From Acidobacteriota bacterium (GTDB taxonomy: Bacteria; Acidobacteriota; UBA6911), in assembly GCA_963664705.1 (NCBI GenBank), contig OY761556.1, positions 5,632,001-5,696,000 of the forward strand: DNA of 64,000 bases, read 5' to 3'. Made by a program: the position numbers and the translations under genes. The notes under the pieces are model-generated. The model ran no database searches. It saw only the letters and a program-made list of their open reading frames with translations, and had not been told where the DNA came from. Positions 10,475-21,167 of the stretch are shown piece after piece (within the stretch, counting starts at the first letter, position 1; every line of letters starts with the position of its first letter).

Positions 10475-10582
10475 ATGGAAATATTTCACCAGGCTATGAA
10501 TGTGTTCTATGGGGTTCTGGTGATCGGCGCAGTTTGCATCGGCGTCTGGTTCTACAGAAAAAAGAAGGAGAGTGACCAATGA
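10475..10582 (+). CDS. 35-aa single-TM protein heading the tra operon (below the ORF-track cutoff)
   Basis: GGGGAGGT RBS; MEIFHQAMNVFYGVLVIGAVCIGVWFYRKKKESDQ; its stop overlaps the pilin ATG (ATGA). Confidence 0.65.
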   Translation: MEIFHQAMNVFYGVLVIGAVCIGVWFYRKKKESDQ

Positions 10583-10869
10583 GCTGCATACGCAAAAAAT
10601 ATCTGATCCTGGCTACATTGTTGTACCTGATCTGGCCGGTTCTTCTTCAGGCACAGACCTCAGTAGCTCCCACATTTCAGGGTGCGGTTGATGATATCCG
10701 GACAATCGCAATTGCCGCCGGCACTCTGGTTGCCGGAATGGTTGGCCTGGTGGGCCTGGGGCGCACTGCTTACAAGCTAAGCCAGGGAGATAACGATTCG
10801 ATGACTTCACTTATTTTTGCAATTGTCGGCATCGTGCTCGGATTCCTGGCCAATACCTTTATTACCTAA
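10579..10869 (+). CDS. virB2: VirB2/TrbC-like pilin
   Basis: Signal peptide plus two hydrophobic helices; first position in the operon. Confidence 0.7.
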   Translation: MSCIRKKYLILATLLYLIWPVLLQAQTSVAPTFQGAVDDIRTIAIAAGTLVAGMVGLVGLGRTAYKLSQGDNDSMTSLIFAIVGIVLGFLANTFIT

Positions 10870-10871
10870 CG

Positions 10872-11267
10872 ATGAACGAAAGACAAATCTTCCGGAATAT
10901 CCAGCACGTTCCCAAGGTCTGGGGAGTTACCTACCTGAAACTCTTCGCAACCCTGGGATCCGGACTTCTGGCGACCACCCTCGGATTCTTTTTGAGCTCC
11001 GGGGCTACGGCACTAGTGAAGGTAATGGTGATCGGGCTGGGAGTAGTTGTTACGGCCATCCTTTATGGAATCTCTTTCTGGATCGATAACACCGATCAAC
11101 TGGATCGGGATTCGGCCGGTTTTCTTCGTAACGAAATGAACTCCCAGTCCCTGTCGTTGCAAAGGCTTCAATTGTTACACGGAGAGGCGATCCATGCGGA
11201 TTCGCGATCTATTGCGGGACGTGAACCGGTACGAACAGAAGTTAGAGAACATCCTGCTGTATGTTGA
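10872..11267 (+). CDS. virB3: VirB3-like membrane protein
   Basis: PKVWGV motif, two TM helices, located between pilin and VirB4. Confidence 0.65.
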   Translation: MNERQIFRNIQHVPKVWGVTYLKLFATLGSGLLATTLGFFLSSGATALVKVMVIGLGVVVTAILYGISFWIDNTDQLDRDSAGFLRNEMNSQSLSLQRLQLLHGEAIHADSRSIAGREPVRTEVREHPAVC

Positions 11268-13683
11268 TTTCCTGAAGCATGAACTGCCAATCATTCTGCT
11301 CAAGGACGGTTCGCTACTGGTTCTTTTCCAGATTCCAGGACTCGACTACGAAGGGCTTTCCGAGGACCAGAAGGAACAGTTCAGTCATTATGCCCGGGCT
11401 GCATTCGAGCAAATGCCTGACGAAGGCGCGGGGTTCATGCTTTCGAACCTGCTGATCCGTGACACACCCAGACCGTTGCCGCTCCGCAGGAACGAGAGTG
11501 CTCCTCCTCTGATTCAGTTTGTGCAAGGCAGGAAACAGGCATTCTGGGATCAACTGATTGCACAGAGTTTCGGAAACCGGATCGTATGCGGCCTGCGCTA
11601 TCACCCGCCGAAGAAAAAGGATCCGCCGTGGGGCCTGTTTATACAGGAATCAAAACTGTTCCGGTTTTACCTGGAACAGATCCGAACAGCAGTGGATAAG
11701 CTGGAACAAGGGTATCTTGCGATCGCAAGCGGGTTTAATCGTTTCGGATTCCGGCCGCTTGATCGGGCGCAATCGTTCGCGGCCCTATATGAGCTCATCA
11801 ACTTCACGATTCCGCCGGCCTACCGGCCAGACCTATCGCTGAATACCCAACTGGCGCAAAGCCGCTATGTCTTCCGGCCGGCAGAGGAGTACCTGGTGAT
11901 AAACGGCCGGGAGTATGTATCGCTCATCGGGATGAAGTATCCACCCCCGACAACCCTGGCGATGTATTTGCGCCGGTTTTATGAACTCGGCTTCCCGCTG
12001 GTTCTTCGGCAATCGATCGGATTTGCTCAGAAAGAACGACTTTTCAAGCAGCAGGATTTTAATACACCCATTGCTTTGGCACTTTCCACGGTGGATCCCA
12101 AAAACCTCGCATATGTCGAAGAGGTCAAGGATTTCAGGAGTCGCATTGAGAATGATAAGGAGTTGCCGGTCTGGTGGCACTTTTCGGTGCTGGTGCGAGC
12201 GCAAGATAGGGAGACTCTGCGGGCAAGGCGTGCGGAAGTCATTACTCTGCTCAAGGAAATCGGATCTTTTGGGATTGCAGAAAAACGCAACCTAAAGACC
12301 GGCTTTTTCTCGATGCTGCCCGGCCACGACCGGTTTTATCTCCGGAAGGCATTGCTTGGTACCGCGAACATCGGTGACCTATTGAGTGCCTATGTTCTGT
12401 ACCAGGGCGACAGGGACCCGGTTGATTACCTTCAAGACCGGTTGCAGGGAGTCTTTGCCTACAATCCATTTACCAGCCGGGAAAGAGCGCACCACCGCGC
12501 CATATGCGGCCCCACGGTTGGCGGCAAAAGCTTTTTTGTCATAAAAGACCTGCTCTCCCATCTTGTGGTCAATCCAATGATCTGGGTTGTGGATCTGTCC
12601 GCCTCGTACCTGGATCTTTTCGAACTGCTTCGCGAAGAGATGCCCTCCGAGACGGCCATCATGCGGGTGTCCCGCCAGGAGAGTAATTTCGAGTTCAATC
12701 CGTTTTTGATGCGAGATCCGCAAGCACTGGTACCGGAGGAGCAGTTTGAGTTCTGTATGGGCTTACTGAAACTAATGGCAGGCCCCAATCTCACGAATCC
12801 TGCCAGTGAAATGGCCATGCGTAAAGGTCTGACCGAGTTTTTCAACGCATACCGGATTCTGCTGCGGAACCAGCAATACAAAACCCCGATTCCACCGATG
12901 ACGCTGTTGGCAAGCATTCTCGAGATGGAAATCCAGCATCCGGAACTCGCAAGCGCTTTTGCGCTCTGGACGGTCGGGCGCCGCGGAGAGCTTTTCAATA
13001 CAGGCCGGGATACGCTGCAAAGTGCTCGGTACTGTTACTTCGATTTGCGAGACCTTGATGGCGAGCCGGAACTGATGACGGCAATCATCTATGTGATCTT
13101 TTCAAAGGTATATCGCGATATTGCGGATGAACGGCTGCGTTCCGTCCAGAAGCGTTTTGTTCTGGATGAAGCACACCGGTACATCACGGATCCCGCATTT
13201 TCCTATTGGATTTCCCTGTTAGCCCGCACCGGCCGGCACTGGAACATCATGCTGGATCTGATTACCCAGTCACTGGCCGATCTTGACAGTCCGGACCAGC
13301 CCTGGTCCAAGGCCATCATAACCAATCTAAAACAGGCTTTCTTCTTCCCGGGACAAAAGGATGTGGAGACTTCGTTTCGCAAGTTGCAGCTGACCGACTA
13401 TCACATCGAACAGTACAAGAAACTCGACCCCTCACGATACGAAGTCCTCTACTGGTCCGATGGTGGATTGCGGAGGATGCTGCGTTCCGTTGCCGACCCA
13501 TATACCTACTGGCTTGCCACAACCGATGCCCGGGAACGCTCGATGAAGCGGCTGATGAAACAGCGCCATGGAGGCAATGTCCGCCAGGCAATTGAGGAGC
13601 TTGTTTTTCTGACCGGCAAATGCCGGACAACCGAAGAACGGCTAAGCATCCTGGAACCATTTTTTGAGCAACAAGTGAGGTAA
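11194..13683 (+). CDS. virB4: VirB4-family ATPase
   Basis: 829 aa; GPTVGGKS, FNPF, FVLDEAH, ITQSLAD. Confidence 0.9.
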   Translation: MRIRDLLRDVNRYEQKLENILLYVDFLKHELPIILLKDGSLLVLFQIPGLDYEGLSEDQKEQFSHYARAAFEQMPDEGAGFMLSNLLIRDTPRPLPLRRNESAPPLIQFVQGRKQAFWDQLIAQSFGNRIVCGLRYHPPKKKDPPWGLFIQESKLFRFYLEQIRTAVDKLEQGYLAIASGFNRFGFRPLDRAQSFAALYELINFTIPPAYRPDLSLNTQLAQSRYVFRPAEEYLVINGREYVSLIGMKYPPPTTLAMYLRRFYELGFPLVLRQSIGFAQKERLFKQQDFNTPIALALSTVDPKNLAYVEEVKDFRSRIENDKELPVWWHFSVLVRAQDRETLRARRAEVITLLKEIGSFGIAEKRNLKTGFFSMLPGHDRFYLRKALLGTANIGDLLSAYVLYQGDRDPVDYLQDRLQGVFAYNPFTSRERAHHRAICGPTVGGKSFFVIKDLLSHLVVNPMIWVVDLSASYLDLFELLREEMPSETAIMRVSRQESNFEFNPFLMRDPQALVPEEQFEFCMGLLKLMAGPNLTNPASEMAMRKGLTEFFNAYRILLRNQQYKTPIPPMTLLASILEMEIQHPELASAFALWTVGRRGELFNTGRDTLQSARYCYFDLRDLDGEPELMTAIIYVIFSKVYRDIADERLRSVQKRFVLDEAHRYITDPAFSYWISLLARTGRHWNIMLDLITQSLADLDSPDQPWSKAIITNLKQAFFFPGQKDVETSFRKLQLTDYHIEQYKKLDPSRYEVLYWSDGGLRRMLRSVADPYTYWLATTDARERSMKRLMKQRHGGNVRQAIEELVFLTGKCRTTEERLSILEPFFEQQVR

Positions 13684-14453
13684 TGATGAAGAGGATTATT
13701 CTGATTGGAATCCTGTTGTGCTTCGTTATGGAAAACCGGGCCCATGCCTTCATATTCACGGACGTTGTGGCACATGCACAACGAATCCTCATGATGGGTC
13801 AGGCATCTCAATATATCCAGCAGATCAACACTTACCGTGGTGAGTTCGACAAATACAAAACCGTTTTCGATGATTATTTCAAAAGCTTCCACATCATCTA
13901 TCGACGGCTCTCTTCCGCCGACTGGAAAGATTTTGTTCCAAACAACTGGCTTCTTCTTAAAAACCACTTTGTCACAATGTGGAAGACCTTCGATGAACCT
14001 GCCTGGCAAAGCCAGGTGCTGGCGCTCAGGACTACACCGCTATACGCCGCCAATCCTGAATACAGGGCATATGCCGAAAGTCTGATCGCCCTCTCGGATG
14101 GACAGGTGGATCAACTGAAAAGGGAAGAGGCCCATCTGATTGAACTCGAGAAACAGGACCTTGCCCACCACGATGATCTCGAGAAATTCAAACTCCGGAA
14201 TGCAGAACTGGCAATTGGCGAAGATGAAGTTGGAAAAGAGATAGCCCTCAGTCAGCAGATAGCCCTGACCAATGCAATCCTGATTGAACTTGCTTCCATC
14301 CAAACCGAAATCAAGGTGGTTGAACAGCGTCTGCTTACGGATCAGAAGGAACAGCGGAACCTCATAACACGCATGAAGCAGCTCGAAATCGACGCTCAAT
14401 CCGGAGACCTCAAAAATCTCGATTACCTCCAGGGGTTAGCAAAGACAAAGTGA
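13683..14453 (+). CDS. VirB5/TrbJ-like exported helical protein
   Basis: Signal peptide AHA-FIFTD, Q-rich coiled coil, position in operon. Confidence 0.6.
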   Translation: MMKRIILIGILLCFVMENRAHAFIFTDVVAHAQRILMMGQASQYIQQINTYRGEFDKYKTVFDDYFKSFHIIYRRLSSADWKDFVPNNWLLLKNHFVTMWKTFDEPAWQSQVLALRTTPLYAANPEYRAYAESLIALSDGQVDQLKREEAHLIELEKQDLAHHDDLEKFKLRNAELAIGEDEVGKEIALSQQIALTNAILIELASIQTEIKVVEQRLLTDQKEQRNLITRMKQLEIDAQSGDLKNLDYLQGLAKTK

Positions 14454-14460
14454 GGATCTC

Positions 14461-15438
14461 GTGAATCTTTTCGACCTGCTTACAACCTTGTGGTCAGCGC
14501 TTCGCGGAAAGATTGGGACCGGACACGATTTTGTCCTGGTCTACACATCTCTTGGAGCAATCCTGTGGGCTTTTCTCCTTTTTAAGGTGTTCCTGCAGGA
14601 GGGTTTGCAGGTGGCATCCGGCCACCGGTCGGAGTTGCTGAAGATCCTGGTGAAGTACCTATTCGTTGCTGCAATGTTCGCTGTCTGGCCGACGGCCTCC
14701 AATAGCATTTTTTCGGCCGTCAAAACACTTGCCACGACCTTCTATCCAAGCATGAACGGACTCTTCGATGCCTTGGCCAACACAATGGCGTTCATGCAGT
14801 CGAATCAGCAGGCTACGGCAAACTCACAGGGCCTGGTCTCCACCGTCCTGGGTACTGTCTACAATTTTACTTTGGGTGGCCTTTTTGAACTGATCGGGAT
14901 GATTGTTCTCTTCCTTTGTTATGCCCTGATCCTGATCAATATGGCCGGGTCCCTGACGATCCTTGCAATGAATCTTGTCCTCGGTCCGGTTTTCTTCGCC
15001 CTCGCCTTCGACCGGGACTTCAGGACGCATGCACAACACTGGTTTGCTGCCGTATTGTCCTATTTCCTGTTGATTCCGCTTTATGGGGCAGCCCTGACAG
15101 TCGCCGCAACAATTGCTGCTGTTGCTGTTCCCACTAATGTATTTGGCCTCCCTTCAAGCGCCCAGGTGGCTGCACAAGTATTGGGTCCCCTGATGGCGGT
15201 CGGGGTTGTCTTTTCAACAAACAAGATAGTGAACGCGCTCGTTGGCGGAGCAGCGGGAGCTGGATTGGGATCCATGGCATTGGGTGTTGCGGGAGTTGGA
15301 GTCAGTATGGTCCCGGGAGGTGCGATGATTCGCTCCACTGCGGCAGCAGGCCGGTCGGCGGCAAGTGCCGCCGCAAGTGCGGGTAGGGCTGTGAGCGCAA
15401 AGATCAGTTCAACGGCAAGAGCAGCGATGGGGAAATAG
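14461..15438 (+). CDS. virB6: VirB6/TrbL-like polytopic membrane protein
   Basis: Multiple TMs, LGPVFFAL...W motif, Gly/Ala-rich tail. Confidence 0.75.
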   Translation: MNLFDLLTTLWSALRGKIGTGHDFVLVYTSLGAILWAFLLFKVFLQEGLQVASGHRSELLKILVKYLFVAAMFAVWPTASNSIFSAVKTLATTFYPSMNGLFDALANTMAFMQSNQQATANSQGLVSTVLGTVYNFTLGGLFELIGMIVLFLCYALILINMAGSLTILAMNLVLGPVFFALAFDRDFRTHAQHWFAAVLSYFLLIPLYGAALTVAATIAAVAVPTNVFGLPSSAQVAAQVLGPLMAVGVVFSTNKIVNALVGGAAGAGLGSMALGVAGVGVSMVPGGAMIRSTAAAGRSAASAAASAGRAVSAKISSTARAAMGK

Positions 15439-15448
15439 GGAGGGGCTG

Positions 15449-16099
15449 GTGTCGACAGCAACAGACGATTTCATCCGGTCAAGCGGCAACCTGGCGTACG
15501 TCAATACGTGGCTCAAGTTGATTGCTTTTGTTCTGGTGCTTATTTCGCTGGCACTCGGCGCTGCGCTGATCATCAAGATCATTGATGGCCGGGCAGAACA
15601 TGTTGTACCGATTGTTATTAATCAGGCCACCGGGGATGCTCTGGCTGTCGATTACCGTGTCATCGATGCTGCCGGCGAAGACCGGTCTCCATTTGAGGTG
15701 CGTAAATTCTGCGAAGATTTCCTGGCAGAGGCATACACATTTAATCGCTTTACCGTCAAAACCAACCTCGAATCTATTGCCCGCTGGACGGCGCCGGAAT
15801 CTCTGGCTCAGGTCCGCGAAGCAATCAACCTGGCGCACCGGGCAGAGCTGATCAGCAAAAACGCTCAGGGGCTTTCGGAAATCACAAGCTTTCTGATTAC
15901 CGAGACAAAACCACTTCTTAAAGCGCAGGCTTATTTTCATGCCAAGGCCATCGCAGGCTCGGATGATGTTATCGAAGAAGGAACCTATCTGGCTGTACTT
16001 GTGATTAAGCCGATCAGACGTTCCGCCCGTAGCCCCCACGGTCTTGTCGTTATCGAATACCGCCAGAGTCAATTTCAGAACAACCCGGAGGAACCATGA
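15449..16099 (+). CDS. virB8: VirB8/TrbF-like protein
   Basis: N-terminal TM, VINQATG, C-terminal SPHGLVVIEY (NPxG-like). Confidence 0.75.
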   Translation: MSTATDDFIRSSGNLAYVNTWLKLIAFVLVLISLALGAALIIKIIDGRAEHVVPIVINQATGDALAVDYRVIDAAGEDRSPFEVRKFCEDFLAEAYTFNRFTVKTNLESIARWTAPESLAQVREAINLAHRAELISKNAQGLSEITSFLITETKPLLKAQAYFHAKAIAGSDDVIEEGTYLAVLVIKPIRRSARSPHGLVVIEYRQSQFQNNPEEP

Positions 16100-16875
16100 A
16101 ACTTTTGTCAGTAGTAACCGCAGTGTCTTTATATGCAGCCTCGGTATTTGCCGGCACCTTACCGCGAACACAGGTTTGTGATTTTGACGGTGAAAACGCT
16201 TCGAAGGTTTACAGGATTGTCACCACTCCCGGGGTGGGGACCACATTCCGGCTTCCGGAGGGATGGAAGATAACGGATTTTGTGGTCGCCGATCCGAAGA
16301 GCTTTCATGGCGAATCAAACGGTACGATCGGGATCGTCACGCCTCTTATTCCGAATAAGAGCACTTCGGTCAGCATCCATACGGATAATGACAAGCTTTT
16401 TGTCTTTAATCTCTCGGCCGAACCGGATCCCGGCGGATATGTGGATCAGCTGGTTATCGTGCAATCGGACAATACCCAGTTTTTCCGCCAGCGGGTCCGG
16501 AACGAAGCGCAGAAGATAGCAAAAGATCAAAACGAAGCGGCTGAAGCACGCTTCAATGCCTCTCTTGAACAAAGGAGCCGTCAGCTCCGGGAACAGCTGC
16601 TTTTTGCCATCAGCAGTAACTATGAGTTTACGGACCACTCCTTCTCCATCACCCGAGTGGCCGATGATGGCATCTTCACATATGTCCAACTGGCCAAATC
16701 CCAGGAACGCCCGGTTGTTTACCTCGCTGAATCCAAGGATCTCAAAAAGCTCGAGCCGGTCAAATACACCGATGAAGGCGAATACTACGTCATTCACCGC
16801 ACATTGCCGTCGGGAGACAAAACTTTTGTCCTGAAGCTTGGCAACCAGGTCAGCGAGATAAGGAGATCCCGATGA
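16096..16875 (+). CDS. virB9: VirB9/TrbG-like protein
   Basis: Signal peptide, YRIVTTPGVGTTF, VADDGIFTYV, FVLKLG. Confidence 0.8.
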   Translation: MKLLSVVTAVSLYAASVFAGTLPRTQVCDFDGENASKVYRIVTTPGVGTTFRLPEGWKITDFVVADPKSFHGESNGTIGIVTPLIPNKSTSVSIHTDNDKLFVFNLSAEPDPGGYVDQLVIVQSDNTQFFRQRVRNEAQKIAKDQNEAAEARFNASLEQRSRQLREQLLFAISSNYEFTDHSFSITRVADDGIFTYVQLAKSQERPVVYLAESKDLKKLEPVKYTDEGEYYVIHRTLPSGDKTFVLKLGNQVSEIRRSR

Positions 16876-18185
16876 GCAAACTGGGAGAGCCGGTAAATAC
16901 GGATATTGCGGTGGAAGAAACCGCGGCGCCGCCAAAACGCAAAAGGCCCCGATGGTGGCTTCCTGTCAGCGCAGCTGTTTTGCTTCTTATCGTAGCGGGA
17001 GGGCTGTATCGAGCTCTATCGAAGTCAGGCGGTTCTTCGCATCAGCCAACGGCAGAAGAACTCCAGCAGCTGAAATACGACTCTGAACGGAAGGACCGGG
17101 AAAAACAAAAGGCAGCTCAACTTCGGGATCAGCCATTCCTTGTCCGAAATAATGATGACACGCAGGCTCGGATCAGCGGCTTCCTCAGGGATTTGAACCC
17201 GAAGAAGGAAAGCGAAAAAATCACAAAACCGCTGGATGAGGCCAAGGCCAAATCCGAGGAAGAGGCAATTTCCCATGTATTAAGGAATGCTCCGCCCCCT
17301 CGCTCTGCCGCGGCAACCCCTTCCTACGAGGCGCCGCGAAGAACCACTCCGAAAACTCAGAATGCGGCCGCGCCGGATGCCGGCAGCATGGGACCCATGT
17401 TCATCTACTCACGTGACTTTGGCGGAGCAAAATATGTGGATGCCCCTCAGAAGCAGACTGTGCAACAAGCGGCTATGCCTGCCAGCGATTCAGCAAAAAC
17501 TGCTAAGGCGGCTATTGATAAGCCCAAGCCTGAAGACCCCAAGACTGAAAAGACTCAGCTAATTTATACAAATTATCCGCCAGTCACCCTGTATGAGGGA
17601 GAGATGCTTGATGCGGTGCTGGTGAACCGTCTCATCGCGGATACTGAAAGCTCGCCTGTGATCTGTCACTTGTCCCGGGACCTCTATGACCAGAGCGCAA
17701 AATATGTGGTGCTTCCAGCAAACTCCAGGATTATCGGATCCTCCCAGGTAGTGAATTACAAAGGTGCGCACAGGCTCTTTGTGAGTTTCAGCCGGATCAT
17801 CCTGCCGAACGGCCCATCGATCGATCTTCCTTCGAGCCAGAAGGCCTTGAAAGCTCTGGATGAAACCGGAGCACTCGGCATTGTTTCCAAGGTTGAACGT
17901 CATTGGTTCCTGCAATTTGGAACATCAATCCTTTTTGGTGTGCTGGATGGTATTTCAGGATTAGCTCAACGCAATCAGGAGGCAAATTCAAGCCGCGCGA
18001 TAGTCCTTGGCCGCACGTCAGAGAATTTTGGCCGCATTCTGGATTCCATCATGTCGCAGTACTCGACAATCGTGCCCACGATCCGCGTGGATCAGGGTAA
18101 GACGATGAGGATTTACCTCGCTGATGACATTGTGATCTCCCCATACGCAAGGATCTCTGACAGGAGCTACTATGCGAGCCATTAA
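16872..18185 (+). CDS. virB10: VirB10/TrbI-like protein
   Basis: N-terminal TM, Pro-rich linker, RIILPNG, DETGALG...VERHW, PTIRVDQG. Confidence 0.9.
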   Translation: MSKLGEPVNTDIAVEETAAPPKRKRPRWWLPVSAAVLLLIVAGGLYRALSKSGGSSHQPTAEELQQLKYDSERKDREKQKAAQLRDQPFLVRNNDDTQARISGFLRDLNPKKESEKITKPLDEAKAKSEEEAISHVLRNAPPPRSAAATPSYEAPRRTTPKTQNAAAPDAGSMGPMFIYSRDFGGAKYVDAPQKQTVQQAAMPASDSAKTAKAAIDKPKPEDPKTEKTQLIYTNYPPVTLYEGEMLDAVLVNRLIADTESSPVICHLSRDLYDQSAKYVVLPANSRIIGSSQVVNYKGAHRLFVSFSRIILPNGPSIDLPSSQKALKALDETGALGIVSKVERHWFLQFGTSILFGVLDGISGLAQRNQEANSSRAIVLGRTSENFGRILDSIMSQYSTIVPTIRVDQGKTMRIYLADDIVISPYARISDRSYYASH

Positions 18186-18798
18186 GGTCCTGCCTGTCGC
18201 GCTTGCAATGCTCCTGCCAATCGGATCTTTCTGTCAGGACATGACAAGGAAAACAGACGCGCGGGCGTACCTCGCCGAGCTAGCCCGCCTGGGCGCCCGC
18301 AAACCATTTATTAAGGACTCACCAGATGTATATCTCGAACGGGCAAGCCTCGGTCAGTTCTTTACTGACCCGATCTACAAACGACTCGAAGGGAATGCCT
18401 ATTTTGGATATCGCTATGACGAAGGTTTTGTATTTGAAGGAAACGATATCCAGATCGAGATCATCAGAGATCTGACGCCAGATAGAGGATGCTCCGCCGC
18501 CTATCGTCTGGCTCTTGAAAAAGCTCTTGAGGCCGCAGGCATCCAGATAAAGCCGTTAGCTGCATATCAGATCGGAATCTGCGTTGTCGGAATTGAGGCG
18601 CGCGAAACTGAAAACACTCTTCCTGGTGTAATGGTCGAATCCTACCTCAGAAACGCCAATCACAAAAAATCGTTTTTCATTAGGTACGGTGCCGGCAGCC
18701 CTCGCAGCCTTGCGGCAGCCATCAGGCTATCGGCTGAAATGCTGGTTGCGGAACTGCAGGCACGATGGAAAGGCCATGAACTCACAGGCACTCGATAA
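18172..18798 (+). CDS. Exported hypothetical protein within the tra operon
   Basis: Signal peptide; overlaps both virB10 and virB11. Confidence 0.65.
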   Translation: MRAIKVLPVALAMLLPIGSFCQDMTRKTDARAYLAELARLGARKPFIKDSPDVYLERASLGQFFTDPIYKRLEGNAYFGYRYDEGFVFEGNDIQIEIIRDLTPDRGCSAAYRLALEKALEAAGIQIKPLAAYQIGICVVGIEARETENTLPGVMVESYLRNANHKKSFFIRYGAGSPRSLAAAIRLSAEMLVAELQARWKGHELTGTR

Positions 18799-19885
18799 GG
18801 AGTTACTCAAACTCTCGCTCAGCCCGATTGCTCCATGGGTGGATGATCCGGAGGTAACGGACATCCTGGTCTATGGAAGCAGACATGTGTATGTCCGCCG
18901 TCGCGGAAGCGCATTCGAGGGGGTGGATGCATCCTGGTTTTCAGATGCGGATCTGATGACGGCCGCCAAAACCATCGGCAGGCAGATGGCCCGCCGCCTT
19001 GATTCGAGGGAGCCTATCCTTGATGCCAGGCTGCCGGATAAGAGCCGGGTCAATATCATTATTGATCCCTGCTACCATCGTGGCGCCTGCATCGTGATTC
19101 GCAAATTCCCGGAACACCAGCTAACGCTGGACCAACTCTGTGGGTATGGATCTATCGATAGAGCAGGCATCGCCATCCTGGAAGCAATCGTAAGGCTCGG
19201 AAAAAACCTCCTGGTATCGGGCGGAACGGGGAGCGGCAAGACCACTCTGCTTAATTGCCTGTGCTCTTTCATCCCTGCTAACCACGTTGTCGTGACGGTG
19301 GAAGATGCCCGGGAGATTTCCATTTCAAATGAGCTCTGGGTCGCGCTTGAGACAAAGCACTCACTCGGTAGCGATGATCGCGAGGTGACACTCCGGGATC
19401 TGATCCGCGCAAGTCTCAGGATGAATCCCCGCTGGATCCTGGTAGGCGAAGTGCGCGGTCCTGAAGCACTGGATCTTGTCCGGGCATTCAATACCGGCCA
19501 CTGTGGAGCTGGAACGATTCATGCCAATTCTCCATATGACGCGCTCCTGGCCCTTGAAGCCCTGATATTGCAGTCCGGGCTTGATGTCCCGGCACGCGCA
19601 GTTAAGGAGATGGTCTCGCGTGCCATCCAGATTGTGATCCAGATGGGTGAGCTTCCGGATCACTCCCGCAGACTGATGGAGATCTCTGAAATCCAGGGCC
19701 TTGATTACGATCGCTCCACCTCGTTTCCTCCCTACAAGCTTCGGACACTTTATCAGTTTGAGTTTGACCACTATGAAACTGACGGCCAGGCGTGCGGACA
19801 GTTTTTTGTCAGGGAGAAGCCCTCCTGGCTTCGCGAACTACAGCTGATTCCCAATTACCAATTGCCTGAATTCTGGATGTCGTAA
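18776..19885 (+). CDS. virB11: VirB11/CpaF-family traffic ATPase
   Basis: GGTGSGKT, VEDARE, LRMNPRWILVGEVRG, TGH...TIHANS. Confidence 0.92.
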   Translation: MNSQALDKELLKLSLSPIAPWVDDPEVTDILVYGSRHVYVRRRGSAFEGVDASWFSDADLMTAAKTIGRQMARRLDSREPILDARLPDKSRVNIIIDPCYHRGACIVIRKFPEHQLTLDQLCGYGSIDRAGIAILEAIVRLGKNLLVSGGTGSGKTTLLNCLCSFIPANHVVVTVEDAREISISNELWVALETKHSLGSDDREVTLRDLIRASLRMNPRWILVGEVRGPEALDLVRAFNTGHCGAGTIHANSPYDALLALEALILQSGLDVPARAVKEMVSRAIQIVIQMGELPDHSRRLMEISEIQGLDYDRSTSFPPYKLRTLYQFEFDHYETDGQACGQFFVREKPSWLRELQLIPNYQLPEFWMS

Positions 19886-20691
19886 TGGAGGAGGCCATGG
19901 ATCGAAATGATCCGCTTTACTCGGATGGAGTTGTCAAACTACGAACCCTTAAAACTCTTTTCGAAGGATTGAACAATATCCCGCCACAAGAGATTTCTGT
20001 GGCGCCACGACGGGATAGCACACCAAGTCGGGAAGAGCGCCTGGTCGAAAAGTGTAGAGACAGGGCTTTTGACGAGCATCAGGAACATCAGAAAAGATCG
20101 GAGTCCTTTCATCTCCTTAGCGACCGGTACCGGGAACTTGGGATGAGCAATCTGGCAGTTACCTACGGAGACCAGGCACGACTCGAAGGAGCCACCGCAA
20201 GAGGGTTTCAGAGCGTGCTGACGGTTTACGAAAAGAAGATGCCGTGGGAAGTCAGCCCCTTTGAGGCCAAGGGCGATCTCAATCATGCGGAACAATATCT
20301 GGAAAGCTACCGTGGCGATCGCAATGCCTTTGAAGAACACACTCTTCAGGTATCCAAGATCGAAGAAACCATCAAAACGCTTCAAACCCAATTAGCTGAC
20401 CGCCCTCCCACCCACGCAGAAAAAGAGCAGTTGACCGAAACCATCCACCAGAGGGAAAGGGCCATCCGGAATGCTGAGTACGAAGCCAGTAATGCCGTAT
20501 TGGCTTACCGGGGTTACCAGCGGGAGATGCAGGCGGCAGAACGAAACTACGATGCATTGACCAGATCGCAGGAACCTGAACTCGAAAAGACGGGAACAGA
20601 CGACCGCAGCCCAAATCAAAACCGAACGAATAAGCTCGCTGTGGGTGTCGCTGTTTACCAAACCCTGAAAGTACTGGACCACGAACTATAA
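19885..20691 (+). CDS. Coiled-coil hypothetical protein
   Basis: Operonic with GGAGG RBS; charged helical sequence. Confidence 0.7.
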   Translation: MEEAMDRNDPLYSDGVVKLRTLKTLFEGLNNIPPQEISVAPRRDSTPSREERLVEKCRDRAFDEHQEHQKRSESFHLLSDRYRELGMSNLAVTYGDQARLEGATARGFQSVLTVYEKKMPWEVSPFEAKGDLNHAEQYLESYRGDRNAFEEHTLQVSKIEETIKTLQTQLADRPPTHAEKEQLTETIHQRERAIRNAEYEASNAVLAYRGYQREMQAAERNYDALTRSQEPELEKTGTDDRSPNQNRTNKLAVGVAVYQTLKVLDHEL

Positions 20692-20702
20692 GGAGCTTTG
20701 CG

Positions 20703-21167
20703 ATGAATTACCGAACACTTTCCCTTTTGCTGTTGATTCTGATGGCTTCGCCGGTCATGGCTCAGGAATTTTCAATTGAGGAGCTGAGTGCCGAAGAACC
20801 AACTTCTATAAGGCCATTTTCGATAACCGGCGTTTCCCCAGCAGATGGGGGCCTTAGGATTTTCATTTCCACAGATAACCCCGCGAATGTTGCCGGCTTG
20901 CTGGCTGACGGGAGTCTTCAGGCTCAACTATCGGACAATGAAGCAGAGTCTGAAACACTGCTTTCGATTACATTCGGTAAGGTTGTCGTGTGTACCGCTG
21001 GAGCCGATCCCGTTTACCTTGCCTATGCTGATCCGGATCCGGATTGTGGCGGTCAGCCGCCGGCAGCTATTGCCTACTTTTTCGCCGTGGAAGCAACCCT
21101 GGGACCCAATCGCGATCTGGCGATCGGAGAAGATCCGGACTTCATGTGGCTTATCGAGGAGCAGTGA
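20703..21167 (+). CDS. Exported acidic hypothetical protein
   Basis: AAGGAG RBS, signal peptide VMA-QE. Confidence 0.65.
   Translation: MNYRTLSLLLLILMASPVMAQEFSIEELSAEEPTSIRPFSITGVSPADGGLRIFISTDNPANVAGLLADGSLQAQLSDNEAESETLLSITFGKVVVCTAGADPVYLAYADPDPDCGGQPPAAIAYFFAVEATLGPNRDLAIGEDPDFMWLIEEQ

Noticed and set aside
12508-12531. Inactivated VirB4 Walker A (GPTVGGKS)
   Set aside because: Still fits GxxxxGKS; the Val for the usual Gly cannot be judged without alignment
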